A stretch of DNA of 13,575 nt, taken from Candidatus Woesearchaeota archaeon (GTDB taxonomy: Archaea; Nanobdellota; Nanobdellia; Nanobdellales; CAZNIQ01). A model generated the notes under the pieces. It made no database searches, was not told the DNA's origin, and saw nothing but the letters and a program-made list of their open reading frames with translations. Below are positions 5,898-13,575 of this stretch, in pieces (the stretch's first letter is position 1; each line of letters starts with the position of its first letter). A program made the position numbers and the translations under genes. The DNA is taken from the NCBI GenBank assembly GCA_964573185.1, contig CAZNIQ010000008.1, positions 12,970 through 26,544 on the forward strand. The letters are read 5' to 3'.

Positions 5898-7541
5898 ATG
5901 AGCGAGTTCAAGGAATTCCTGTTTAAAGTATTTTTGCCTTTCACAGTTCTAATCTTTTCCTTTATTCTTATATCAAAACTTTTGTTACCACCTGACAAAT
6001 TTCTCCTTTTCTTCAGGATATCTTTAGCAACTTATATAATAATTATTTCTTCATATCCTTTAGTCAAAAAATTTATTATAAAGAATTTTATTGAAAAAGA
6101 ATTTCCTTATTTTATCACTTTTTTAGCTTCTTTATCTACTGCAAAATTATCAAGATCAAAATTCTTTGATTACGTTTCTGAGGCAAAAGAGTTCGGATTT
6201 CTTGCAAAATTATTCGAAAAAATAAAGGATTTGGCAATAAATTGGAGATTAGGATTTGCTGAGGCATGTAAAAGGATGCTTAAAGTAGTGCCATCCAATG
6301 TTCTAAAGGATTTCTTAGATAGATTTTCAGTTGCTTTGGAAGTTGGGGAAGATACTGAAGAGTTCTTTGAAAGAGAATATAAAACAATTATGGACGTTTA
6401 TGAAGTAAATTATAAGAAATCATTAGAAAATATAAGAATTCTTTCTGATGTTATAACTTCTGTATCTGTATCTTTAGCTTTCATGTTTGTCATAGCTGTT
6501 TTTATTCCTTTGATTATAGGTGGTAATGTTGCTTTTTACGTTTTCCTCTCAGCTTTTCTAATTTTACTTTCCTTTGTTTTATATATTTTGCTTGCAAAAT
6601 TCCTTGTAATAGAAGATAGACTGATGCATAGCGAGAAGCTGAAACCTAAAGAATACGTAGAAATAATTCTCAATTTCATAACTCTTTCAATAATTTCCAT
6701 GGCAATTTTCATTATAATAAATCAAAAGTTCCCAAACATACCTCTTTTAGTTAAATTAGCTTTATCCTTATCTCCGTTAGCTTATATAGGAATAAAAGCA
6801 AAGAATTTAGAAAGATTAATAAGGAAGAAGGAAAAGTTATTTGTTACGTTTCTTTCGGAATTATCTTCTGCTTTATCCGTTAGATCTTCAGCACATGTGA
6901 AAGCACTGGAAGCCATAATAGTACATGATTTTAAAGACTTAAATAAGCATATAGAAAATTTATTAAAAAGAATAAAGACATCATTGGATATAGAAAAGTC
7001 ATATTATTATTTCGGATGCGAAACTGGAAGTAGATTGATACAAAAATTTGTAACTATTTTTGCGAGGGCAACCCATTTGGGTGCGGATGCTGTAAAAACA
7101 GGAAAATATATAATAGATGCTGTGTTGAGGATATTAGATTTAAGAGATTTGAGAGACCAGATGGTAACCGCTTTTAGGGGGATGATCTTTGGAATATATA
7201 TTGGTTTTGCGTTAGTTTTAGTTCTAGGAACTGAAATAATTTATTTAATGGTAAAACTTTTCGAAAATTTATCAGAATTAATTTCTACTGCTCAGGTTTC
7301 TGAATATCTTGGAGGAATTTTTCCTTTGGGAGTAGGTACGATTGAAATTGGTGTATTAAGATTCGCTACTCAGATATTATTGCTAGCAGCTGCTTTTTCC
7401 TTTGCATATATACTTAAGGAATTAGATGGTGGTATACGATTTTCATTACTTTTAGATTTTATAATTATGTTATGGATAGGAGCTTTGCTTTCAGTATTTA
7501 TCCCATATTTCTTTGAGAAATACTTGTTTCCTATAAGGTAA
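5898..7541 (+). CDS. FlaJ/ArlJ/TadC-like polytopic membrane platform protein (two T2SS-F-like repeats) of a type IV filament system
   Basis: It is 547 aa with multiple hydrophobic helices. There are two cytoplasmic helical blocks, each followed by TM segments. The first is FPYFITFLASLSTAKLS...FAEACKRMLKVVPSNVLKDFLDRFSVALEVGEDTEEFFEREYK. The second is FVTFLSELSSALSVRSS...LIQKFVTIFARATHLGADAVKTGKYIID. Both resemble the GspF/FlaJ domain pattern. The assignment is by eye only. Confidence 0.6.
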   Translation: MSEFKEFLFKVFLPFTVLIFSFILISKLLLPPDKFLLFFRISLATYIIIISSYPLVKKFIIKNFIEKEFPYFITFLASLSTAKLSRSKFFDYVSEAKEFGFLAKLFEKIKDLAINWRLGFAEACKRMLKVVPSNVLKDFLDRFSVALEVGEDTEEFFEREYKTIMDVYEVNYKKSLENIRILSDVITSVSVSLAFMFVIAVFIPLIIGGNVAFYVFLSAFLILLSFVLYILLAKFLVIEDRLMHSEKLKPKEYVEIILNFITLSIISMAIFIIINQKFPNIPLLVKLALSLSPLAYIGIKAKNLERLIRKKEKLFVTFLSELSSALSVRSSAHVKALEAIIVHDFKDLNKHIENLLKRIKTSLDIEKSYYYFGCETGSRLIQKFVTIFARATHLGADAVKTGKYIIDAVLRILDLRDLRDQMVTAFRGMIFGIYIGFALVLVLGTEIIYLMVKLFENLSELISTAQVSEYLGGIFPLGVGTIEIGVLRFATQILLLAAAFSFAYILKELDGGIRFSLLLDFIIMLWIGALLSVFIPYFFEKYLFPIR

Positions 7542-7983
7542 TTCTTCTTTCTTTAGGAATATAATTCTTTATTTTTCCATTTTTTGCTAACCCGGATCCT
7601 GCAAAATAATTGTTAGATTTTATAATTACAAATCCTGAGCCATCTTTTTCTAAATCCGCTCCTGCTAACCATTTTTTTAGTTCTTCATAACCGATTTCAA
7701 TAACATTTTTCTTTGCATAAGGTCCTATGATTTGACTACCTTCTATACTTAATCTTATTTTATCTCCTCTTTCTATCCTTGCAAAGTACAAACCAAATCT
7801 ATGGTACTTTATTTGATTTGCTAAAGGAAAAATCTCTTTTTTAACCAGAAATATTTTACCTTCCCTATTTCTAAACCATCTAAAATCTTTCTCTAGAGTT
7901 CTTAATATTTCATCTTCTACATCATACTCTTCCTTTATTTTCTTTAAAATTCTCCTTACCTCTGAGCTTGGTATCTCCTCCAT
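7531..7983 (-). CDS. NIP7-like (UPF0113) PUA-domain RNA-binding protein, a ribosome biogenesis factor homolog
   Basis: KIRLSIEGSQIIGPYAKKNV parallels the NIP7 block [20 protein letters not shown]. The N-terminus (SSEVRRILKKIKEEY) and the C-terminal G-rich PUA-like part (GFVIIKSNNYFAGSGLAKNGKIKNYIPKERRI) also fit. The track start at 7992 is TTG, and the first ATG is at 7983. Confidence 0.6.
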   Translation of the reverse strand: MEEIPSSEVRRILKKIKEEYDVEDEILRTLEKDFRWFRNREGKIFLVKKEIFPLANQIKYHRFGLYFARIERGDKIRLSIEGSQIIGPYAKKNVIEIGYEELKKWLAGADLEKDGSGFVIIKSNNYFAGSGLAKNGKIKNYIPKERRITL

Positions 7984-8492
7984 ATTTTCCAAAACAATTT
8001 TTCTAGATTAATTAAGTCTTCTCTTAAATGTTCCTCAATATATTTATAGTCTCCTTTCTCATATCTCTCAGCTATTTCTTTATTATTTGTTCTCTGGGGA
8101 ATTCCATACTTTTTTAAAGCGTTTTTAAAAGAATTTCCTTTGAATCTAAACGAATTTTCTGTTAATAAAATCTGAAATAGGTCTATGACTCTTGTACTGT
8201 GCCAGAATTCAAGCAAATCTTCCAAAGTATAAAGGTTATATAGCTGGGCTCTATATATTAAAGCAGGAATGTCAAATCGCAAACCATTGAATGTTACTAT
8301 TGTCGGACTGTCCATTGAAAAGACAAACTCATAAAAATCTCTTAAAATCAGCTTTTCGCTTCTCTCCCATTCCTTAAAAATTATCATTTCACTGCATTCT
8401 CCTTTCCTATACAAAATCCCTATAGCGATTATTTTATCAAGGGGTGTTGGTTTCTTTTTTGAATAAGTTTCTATATCTAAAAACAAATACAT
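7956..8492 (-). CDS. Standalone DEDD 3'-5' exonuclease related to the PolB exonuclease domain (COG3298-like)
   Basis: Exo I is LFLDIETY. Exo II is VTFNGLRFDIPALIYRA. The Exo III-like motif is YIEEHLREDLINL. It is 178 aa. Its ATG overlaps the rfcL stop (TAATG). Confidence 0.7.
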   Translation of the reverse strand: MYLFLDIETYSKKKPTPLDKIIAIGILYRKGECSEMIIFKEWERSEKLILRDFYEFVFSMDSPTIVTFNGLRFDIPALIYRAQLYNLYTLEDLLEFWHSTRVIDLFQILLTENSFRFKGNSFKNALKKYGIPQRTNNKEIAERYEKGDYKYIEEHLREDLINLEKLFWKIWRRYQAQR

Positions 8493-9718
8493 TATATTTT
8501 AAATTCTTTCAAATGTCTAATTTGGGATTCTTTTAACCCTAAAGCTTTTCCATATTTTTCTCCAGCCTTTGGATACTTTTCTAGTAAATATCTTAGAACA
8601 TTTAAATAAATCTGTATTATCCTTTTAACCGAAGCATGTAATCTTGGTTTTAGTTCCTCAGCAACCTTCTTTAAGTACTCTCTAAGGTTCTTCGTTTGAG
8701 CAAGCTTTCTAACCCATTCAGGCATTCTATATCTCGTAAATTTGTGATATCTTTCTCTTTTAGCCAAAGCAACACCGGCGTACATGAATGTTGTAGCGTA
8801 AACTAAGAATCTCCAATGCTGTCTTCTCCAAATTCTTCCTAAATATAAAGTTCCTTTACCCAACCATTCGTATGCTTTATATATCTCATCTAATCTTTCA
8901 TATTCATTAGGTATATTCTCCTCTATCCAAGGATAAATCTCTTGAGGATCCATATCTACATTTTCAAAAGCTGAGATAGCAACTTTCGGATCTTTGGTTT
9001 TAAACATTATAGCTAAGGCTTGGAATATTGTTTGTTCCCTATCTCTATATCCCAAAGCTTCTAAATCTTGTAATGTTATTTTCTTTTTTTCTCTTGCTAA
9101 TGTTTCTAAATCGTTAATAGCGGATCTTAAATCTCCATTAGCCCTTTGTGCCAAAGCCATTAGGACTCTATCATCTACTTCCAGACCTTCTTTTAAAGCA
9201 ATCCTCTTCAGAGCTTTATAGATATCTCTAACGCTTAATTTCTTGAACTCTATAAGCTCACATTTTTCCCTAAGTTTTCTCAATTTGGGATCCCATGGGT
9301 CGTTTGCAGTAAGAACTATTGGCCATCTAGTTTCATCTATTAATTTAATTAAAGTTCCTAAACCACCTCTATCTTCTCTTCCAGATATTCCATCAACTTC
9401 ATCAATTAATATTATTCTTCCTTTTGCAAAGAAAGGTTTTTCTTTTATAGCATGCCCAACTATTTCTTTTATTTTCCTAGCATTTCTTACATCAGAAGCG
9501 TTCAGTTCTATTACCTCATAACCAATTTCATTGGCTATAGCATATACAGAAGAAGTTTTTCCAGTACCCGGAGGACCATACAATAATACGGCTTTTTTTG
9601 GAACTTTTGGAAATCTCAAAATGAAGTTCTTTAGCTTTGCAACAGCTTCCTCTTGGTTTATTATATCTGCCGTTGTCTTTGGTCTGTATTTGATTATCCA
9701 GGGAACTTCTCTTTTCAT
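8492..9718 (-). CDS. rfcL: Replication factor C large subunit
   Basis: PWIIKYRPKT, Walker [22 protein letters not shown], Walker B ILIDEVDG and sensor GDLRSAINDLE. It lacks the SRC motif, as expected for the large subunit. Confidence 0.9.
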   Translation of the reverse strand: MKREVPWIIKYRPKTTADIINQEEAVAKLKNFILRFPKVPKKAVLLYGPPGTGKTSSVYAIANEIGYEVIELNASDVRNARKIKEIVGHAIKEKPFFAKGRIILIDEVDGISGREDRGGLGTLIKLIDETRWPIVLTANDPWDPKLRKLREKCELIEFKKLSVRDIYKALKRIALKEGLEVDDRVLMALAQRANGDLRSAINDLETLAREKKKITLQDLEALGYRDREQTIFQALAIMFKTKDPKVAISAFENVDMDPQEIYPWIEENIPNEYERLDEIYKAYEWLGKGTLYLGRIWRRQHWRFLVYATTFMYAGVALAKRERYHKFTRYRMPEWVRKLAQTKNLREYLKKVAEELKPRLHASVKRIIQIYLNVLRYLLEKYPKAGEKYGKALGLKESQIRHLKEFKI

Positions 9719-10119
9719 TTTAATAATTTCTGTAATAAAGAAACTTCTTCTTTACATTCTGACACAGCTCTGTAGGTATTATTATTTACTCTAAATTCTA
9801 CTTGTACATAATTTGGATTAAAAGCATATTTAACGTATACCAAGTCAGAAGAATCTTTGCTCAAACTTTTAATAACTTTAACCATTCTGTCATTCGGATC
9901 ATAGATTGTTATGTTTTTTAATTCTGATTTTGCAGTTAAGATAATTACTGTTGAGTTATTTTTTATTTTACAATCGATATCAATGTATTTAAAATAAGGT
10001 TTCCAGATCTTATACATTAAATAATTATAAGCTATAAAACCAAATAGGGCTGAAAGAAAGACAACTACTCCTGTTATTGCAAGTTTCCTAATAAAATCAG
10101 GTATTTTTAGCGCTTCCAT
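9715..10119 (-). CDS. Small single-pass membrane protein of unknown function, nested between rfcS and rfcL
   Basis: It is 134 aa with one hydrophobic helix ([24 protein letters not shown]). A beta-strand-like, sequon-containing domain follows (NNST, NIT, NNT). Its start overlaps the rfcS end by 13 nt, and its stop overlaps the rfcL start (ATGA). Confidence 0.55.
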   Translation of the reverse strand: MEALKIPDFIRKLAITGVVVFLSALFGFIAYNYLMYKIWKPYFKYIDIDCKIKNNSTVIILTAKSELKNITIYDPNDRMVKVIKSLSKDSSDLVYVKYAFNPNYVQVEFRVNNNTYRAVSECKEEVSLLQKLLK

Positions 10120-11069
10120 CCTTTAAGTCCTAAGAAAGCTAATAAAGCATCTAATTGAACTATCGGATCCGCTCCTTCGACCATCCTAAATTCTATCTCT
10201 CCAACCTTATCTAAAATCTCTAATTTAGCTTTATCATCTATAGGAAGATTCCACACCTCTTTTTGTATCAATCTAATCATATCTTCCCCTGCTAAACCAT
10301 ATCTTAACATCGTATCAATTAACTTTGACCTAGCTTCTTTGAATTGTCCTTTTAAAGCTAATTCTAATATCTCTCTTATTTCTTTTGGTTTTGCTACAGA
10401 AGCAATTTCATATATCAAATCAACAGTGATATGCTTAGAAACCATCGCTGCTGCTTGCAAAATATTTATTGCTTTTCTCATGTCTCCTTCAGAAATATTG
10501 TATAATGCTTCTAGAACTCCTTCTTCAACTTCCAATCCTTCATTTTGAATTATCTTTCTTAAAATCTCAAAGACAGCTTCTTTTGGTAATGGTTTAAACC
10601 TAAATATCGTACATCTTGATTGGATAGGCTCTATTATTTTTGAAGAATAATTACATGAAAGGATGAATCTTGTTACGGAAGAATACTGCTCCATTATTCT
10701 CCTTAAAGCTTGCTGAGCATCTCTTGTCATCGCATCTGCTTCATCTAAAAAGACTATTTTGAAAGGAACATCCCCTATAGGTCTTGTTCTTGCGAAATCT
10801 TTTACTTTTTGTCTTATGACATCTATACCTCTTTCATCTGACGCGTTTAACTCTAAAAAGTTCTCTCTCCAATTTTCATCCCCATAAAGTTCTCTGGCCA
10901 AAGCAATTGCAGCAGAAGTTTTTCCAGTACCAGGAGGACCAGCAAATATTAAATGTGGCATGTTTTTTTGTTTTACAAATGCTTTCAAATGCTTAATAAC
11001 ATGATCTTGCCCTTTTATATCATCCAATCTTTTGGGCCTATATTTCTCTGTCCAAACCTCATATGTCAT
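10107..11069 (-). CDS. rfcS: Replication factor C small subunit
   Basis: [16 protein letters not shown], Walker [24 protein letters not shown], Walker [10 protein letters not shown], the SRC motif ([11 protein letters not shown]) and [11 protein letters not shown]. No intein is present. Confidence 0.95.
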   Translation of the reverse strand: MTYEVWTEKYRPKRLDDIKGQDHVIKHLKAFVKQKNMPHLIFAGPPGTGKTSAAIALARELYGDENWRENFLELNASDERGIDVIRQKVKDFARTRPIGDVPFKIVFLDEADAMTRDAQQALRRIMEQYSSVTRFILSCNYSSKIIEPIQSRCTIFRFKPLPKEAVFEILRKIIQNEGLEVEEGVLEALYNISEGDMRKAINILQAAAMVSKHITVDLIYEIASVAKPKEIREILELALKGQFKEARSKLIDTMLRYGLAGEDMIRLIQKEVWNLPIDDKAKLEILDKVGEIEFRMVEGADPIVQLDALLAFLGLKGWKR

Positions 11070-11088
11070 AACTTTTTATTCTTGTCAA

Positions 11089-11098
11089 AATTTATATT
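11089..11098 (-). promoter_or_regulatory. TATA box (AATATAAATT on the minus strand) for the rfcS operon
   Basis: The centre is about 24-25 nt upstream of ATG 11069, predicting a leaderless or near-leaderless transcript. Confidence 0.45.
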
Positions 11099-11117
11099 GA
11101 TTTGTTGAACCAAGAGA

Positions 11118-11157
11118 GCTTCCATCAAGAATCTTAATACTAGCTTGCTTTCATCAA
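11118..11157 (-). repeat. Direct repeat TTGATG(A/G)AAGC, two copies 29 nt apart, upstream of the rfcS TATA box
   Basis: On the plus strand the copies are gcttccatcaa (11118-11128) and gctttcatcaa (11147-11157), matching at 10 of 11 positions. Confidence 0.4.
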
Positions 11158-11159
11158 AA

Positions 11160-12461
11160 CTACTTTATTCTCTCTTTTAAAAATCCTACCAATTTTTCTC
11201 TTTCAACTTTAATTCTTTTTTTAGTTCCTCTATCTTGAAAAGTTACTTTCCCTTCCTTTAGATCTTTTTCTCCAACTATCACTAAATACCTTATTCCTTT
11301 TTCAATAACATACTCCATTTGCTTTTTGAAATTCCTTCTCATCAAATCAATATAAGTATTAAATCCAGCTTCCCTTAGTTCATTTGCAATTTCCCACGCT
11401 TCTCTAAATGTATCACCTATATAAATTACAGCTATTTGCGTATACGTCTTTTTATCTAACTTAAAGATTCCTAATTCAATACCGGCATCTATTAGTCTTT
11501 CCACACCTATAGATCCTCCAACAGCAGGCACATCTTTTTTTAAAAATAATCCTATTAGATTGTCATATCTACCACCTCCGGATAAGCTTCCTATTCTTGG
11601 TTTATCAACTACTGCTTCGTAGATCATTCCTGTATAATAATCCAATCCTCTAACTAAAGATAAATCAATTTCAATTCTTTTTCTAGCTTTTTCAGGTAAT
11701 AAATCTAAAATATTTCTTAAGCTTTCAACTGCTATCTTTACATTTTCATTTTTTTCATATTTCTTCTCAGCTTCTTCTAAAACTTCTTCTCCTTTTAAAT
11801 TTATTATTTCAACAATTTTTTCAATCTTTTCCTTATCTAATCCTAATTTTTCTAGTTCTTTTTTTACACCTTCAATCCCAATTTTATCTAATTTATCTAT
11901 TGCTCTATAAACTGGTAAAATTAAATTATCGGGTATTTTCAATTCTTCTTCAAAAATTCCTTTTAATAATCTTCTGTCATTAACCTTTATTGTATAGTTT
12001 TCAAAGTTAAATTCTCGAAAAACTGTATCAACTACCAATAAAATTTCTGCATCTGATTCAGGTTCTTTTGAACCTACAATATCAAAATCTGCTTGCCAAA
12101 ACTCTCTATACCTTCCTTTTTGTGGCTCTTCGTATCTATAAACTCTATCAATTACATATCTTTTGAAGGGTAGTTTGGGTTGGAATCTTGCAAAGAATCT
12201 TGCTAAAGGAACTGTATGGTCATATCTTAAAGCATACTCTTTTTTAGAATACGGTAACTTAAATCTCCAAATTAATTTATTTTCAGCTTCTTCCCCGTAT
12301 TTTCCTTTTAAAGTTTCCCAGTATTCTACTATTGGAGTAATTATTGGGTCAAAACCGAACCTTTGAAATATCCTCTCAATTTTCTCAAATACTTCTTTTC
12401 TAAGAATTGCTAATTCTGGAGGGAAGTCTCTTGTTCCTTTTGGAGGCAATAATAAAGACAT
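11160..12461 (-). CDS. hisS: Histidyl-tRNA synthetase (class II)
   Basis: PKGTRDF, LRYDHTVPLARF, motif 2 YRYEEPQKGRYREFWQADFD, GGGRYDNL and motif 3 GGSIGVERL. A C-terminal anticodon-binding domain is present. The track start at 12470 is TTG. The first ATG at 12461 sits about 25 nt from the TATA centre, so I prefer it. Confidence 0.93.
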   Translation of the reverse strand: MSLLLPPKGTRDFPPELAILRKEVFEKIERIFQRFGFDPIITPIVEYWETLKGKYGEEAENKLIWRFKLPYSKKEYALRYDHTVPLARFFARFQPKLPFKRYVIDRVYRYEEPQKGRYREFWQADFDIVGSKEPESDAEILLVVDTVFREFNFENYTIKVNDRRLLKGIFEEELKIPDNLILPVYRAIDKLDKIGIEGVKKELEKLGLDKEKIEKIVEIINLKGEEVLEEAEKKYEKNENVKIAVESLRNILDLLPEKARKRIEIDLSLVRGLDYYTGMIYEAVVDKPRIGSLSGGGRYDNLIGLFLKKDVPAVGGSIGVERLIDAGIELGIFKLDKKTYTQIAVIYIGDTFREAWEIANELREAGFNTYIDLMRRNFKKQMEYVIEKGIRYLVIVGEKDLKEGKVTFQDRGTKKRIKVEREKLVGFLKERIK

Positions 12462-12479
12462 TATTAACAAAATTAAATT

Positions 12480-12491
12480 ATTTTAAATAAA
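12480..12491 (-). promoter_or_regulatory. TATA box (TTTATTTAAAAT on the minus strand) for hisS
   Basis: The centre is about 25 nt upstream of ATG 12461. Confidence 0.45.
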
Positions 12492-12746
12492 GTTTTTGAA
12501 CCTCTTTTACTCCTTGCTTAATATTTATATATTTTTACCTCTGTATCAAATAAAATACTCTTTAATTTGATAGCTTCCTTTTTTCTTAGAAAATATGAAG
12601 CGTACCTTCATAATACCAATTCTTAAAATTCTTCTATTTTCATTTTCTCCTATTTTATTATTTTTATAATAGCTTCTACGGAGTATTTGAAATTCATTCC
12701 ATTAAAATGCGTAGCAAAGCAAAAAAGATAATAGAAGATAAAAAAG

Positions 12747-12754
12747 TTTATATA
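12747..12754 (+). promoter_or_regulatory. TATA box (TTTATATA) for the glycosyltransferase gene
   Basis: The centre is about 28 nt upstream of ATG 12779. Confidence 0.45.
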
Positions 12755-12778
12755 TTGTGACAACTATATAGTAGCTAG

Positions 12779-13575
12779 ATGAGTATTGACGACAAAGTTG
12801 ATGGTTTTTGGAAGGAATATACCTTAGAGCGACATAACAAACTCAATTATTCTAGATTGGAATACATTTTGTTTTTGGCTGCTGGCATTGGTGGTTCTGT
12901 TGTTATAAATGTTTTATCTGGCAATCCTAATTCAAGTCCTTCTGTTTTGGATCAAATTTTGATAAATGCTAAATATGTCTGGTTGGCGTATTCTCCAATT
13001 GCTGCTCTATCAGGCTATAGTATCCTAAGATACAGCCCCAAAGAAGATTTTTACTTAGAAAGAAAACGACAATCTGAAGATTATAAAGTAATTTTCCAAA
13101 TTACTACAAGAGGATTTAATACTGAAGCTGTAGAAAGGAGTGTAAAAAGTATTTTATACTGGGCTCCCAAATACTTAAGAAATTTTGAAATATGGGTTGT
13201 TACAGAAGATGATGTTGATAAAAACTTCTTTGAAAGCTTAAAGGGGATAAATAATGAAGCTGAAAGAAGAGTAAAAGTTATTTATGTTCCAAGAGATTAT
13301 AGAACGCCAAATAATACTAAATATAAGGCAAGAGCTTTACATTATGCAATGGAATTAAGAAAAAAACTGGGATATGATCCTAAAAAAACATGGATTTATT
13401 TAATGGATGAGGAGAGCATAGTTGGTGAAGATACTATTTTAGGAATCATAGATTTCATAGAAAGAGAAGCTAAAAAAGGAAAATTAATTGGACAAGGACT
13501 AATAGTATATTCTAATTTTTGGGGGAAGAATTTACTAACTAGTTTAGAAGATAGTCTAAGGGCTGGGGATGATAT
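12779..13575 (+). CDS. Membrane-associated family-2-like glycosyltransferase, 3'-truncated by the window end
   Basis: This ORF is not in the track because it has no stop. I translated it by hand from ATG 12779 and it stays open to 13575 (265 codons). It begins MSIDDKVDGFWKEY. There are two hydrophobic segments (LEYILFLAAGIGGSVVINVL and AKYVWLAYSPIAALSGYSIL). A Rossmann-like GT-A core follows: YKVIFQITTRGFN, FEIWVVTEDD, NNTKYKARALHYA, a DxD-like block IYLMDEESIV, and GQGLIVY...EDSLRAGDD. Confidence 0.6.
   Translation, partial: MSIDDKVDGFWKEYTLERHNKLNYSRLEYILFLAAGIGGSVVINVLSGNPNSSPSVLDQILINAKYVWLAYSPIAALSGYSILRYSPKEDFYLERKRQSEDYKVIFQITTRGFNTEAVERSVKSILYWAPKYLRNFEIWVVTEDDVDKNFFESLKGINNEAERRVKVIYVPRDYRTPNNTKYKARALHYAMELRKKLGYDPKKTWIYLMDEESIVGEDTILGIIDFIEREAKKGKLIGQGLIVYSNFWGKNLLTSLEDSLRAGDD

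Noticed and set aside
8492-8560. A PCNA-interacting PIP box at the C-terminus of RFC large (SQIRHLKEFKI) or in the exonuclease (QILLTENSF).
   Set aside because: Neither fits Q-x-x-[LIVM]-x-x-[FY]-[FY]. The hydrophobic and aromatic positions are wrong.
11118-11157. A possible C/D box sRNA. The minus strand reads UGAUGA + 12 nt + AUUA ... UGAUGG + 12 nt + UUCA, with C/D-like spacing.
   Set aside because: Both would-be D/D' boxes lack the essential CUGA (the GA needed for the k-turn). No terminal stem is present. A repeated protein-binding motif is the simpler reading.
12681-12701. A hairpin GGAGU...AUUCC in the hisS-GT2 spacer as an RNA element.
   Set aside because: It has only 5 bp (one a G.U) and an 11-nt loop. 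It is too weak to be meaningful, particularly if the organism is a hyperthermophile as its protein composition suggests.

Overview
This is an AT-rich window (about 30% GC by eye), densely packed and clearly archaeal. I support 18 protein-coding genes. They are: a rearranged piece of the S10-type ribosomal protein cluster (L22-S3 on +, converging on L4-L23-L2-S19 on -); a FlaJ/TadC-like polytopic membrane platform protein; a minus-strand chain of overlapping genes (RFC small subunit, a small membrane protein, RFC large subunit, a PolB-exonuclease-like DEDD nuclease, a NIP7-like PUA protein); histidyl-tRNA synthetase; a 3'-truncated GT2-type glycosyltransferase; and an operon of three small paralogous signal-anchored proteins followed by a DUF460/COG2433 RNase H-fold protein. 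I found no tRNA, rRNA, CRISPR array, integrase or transposase. K/E/I-rich proteins, many overlapping start/stop junctions, a broken ribosomal operon, and TATA boxes about 24-30 nt upstream of start codons (leaderless mRNAs) all fit a small-genome hyperthermophilic archaeon, possibly Nanoarchaeota/DPANN-like. That lineage call is inference only, since I could run no search. The items most worth follow-up are: (1) the tandem family of small sequon-rich membrane proteins, with a possible fourth member wedged between the two RFC genes; (2) the DUF460 gene, whose conserved N-terminal motif lies upstream of any canonical start codon; (3) a roughly 59% GC island with nested inverted repeats at 195-262; (4) two minimal bidirectional promoter modules with crossed TATA boxes; (5) a standalone PolB-like exonuclease translationally coupled to the clamp loader. 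All family assignments rest on motif recognition by eye, not on database searches.
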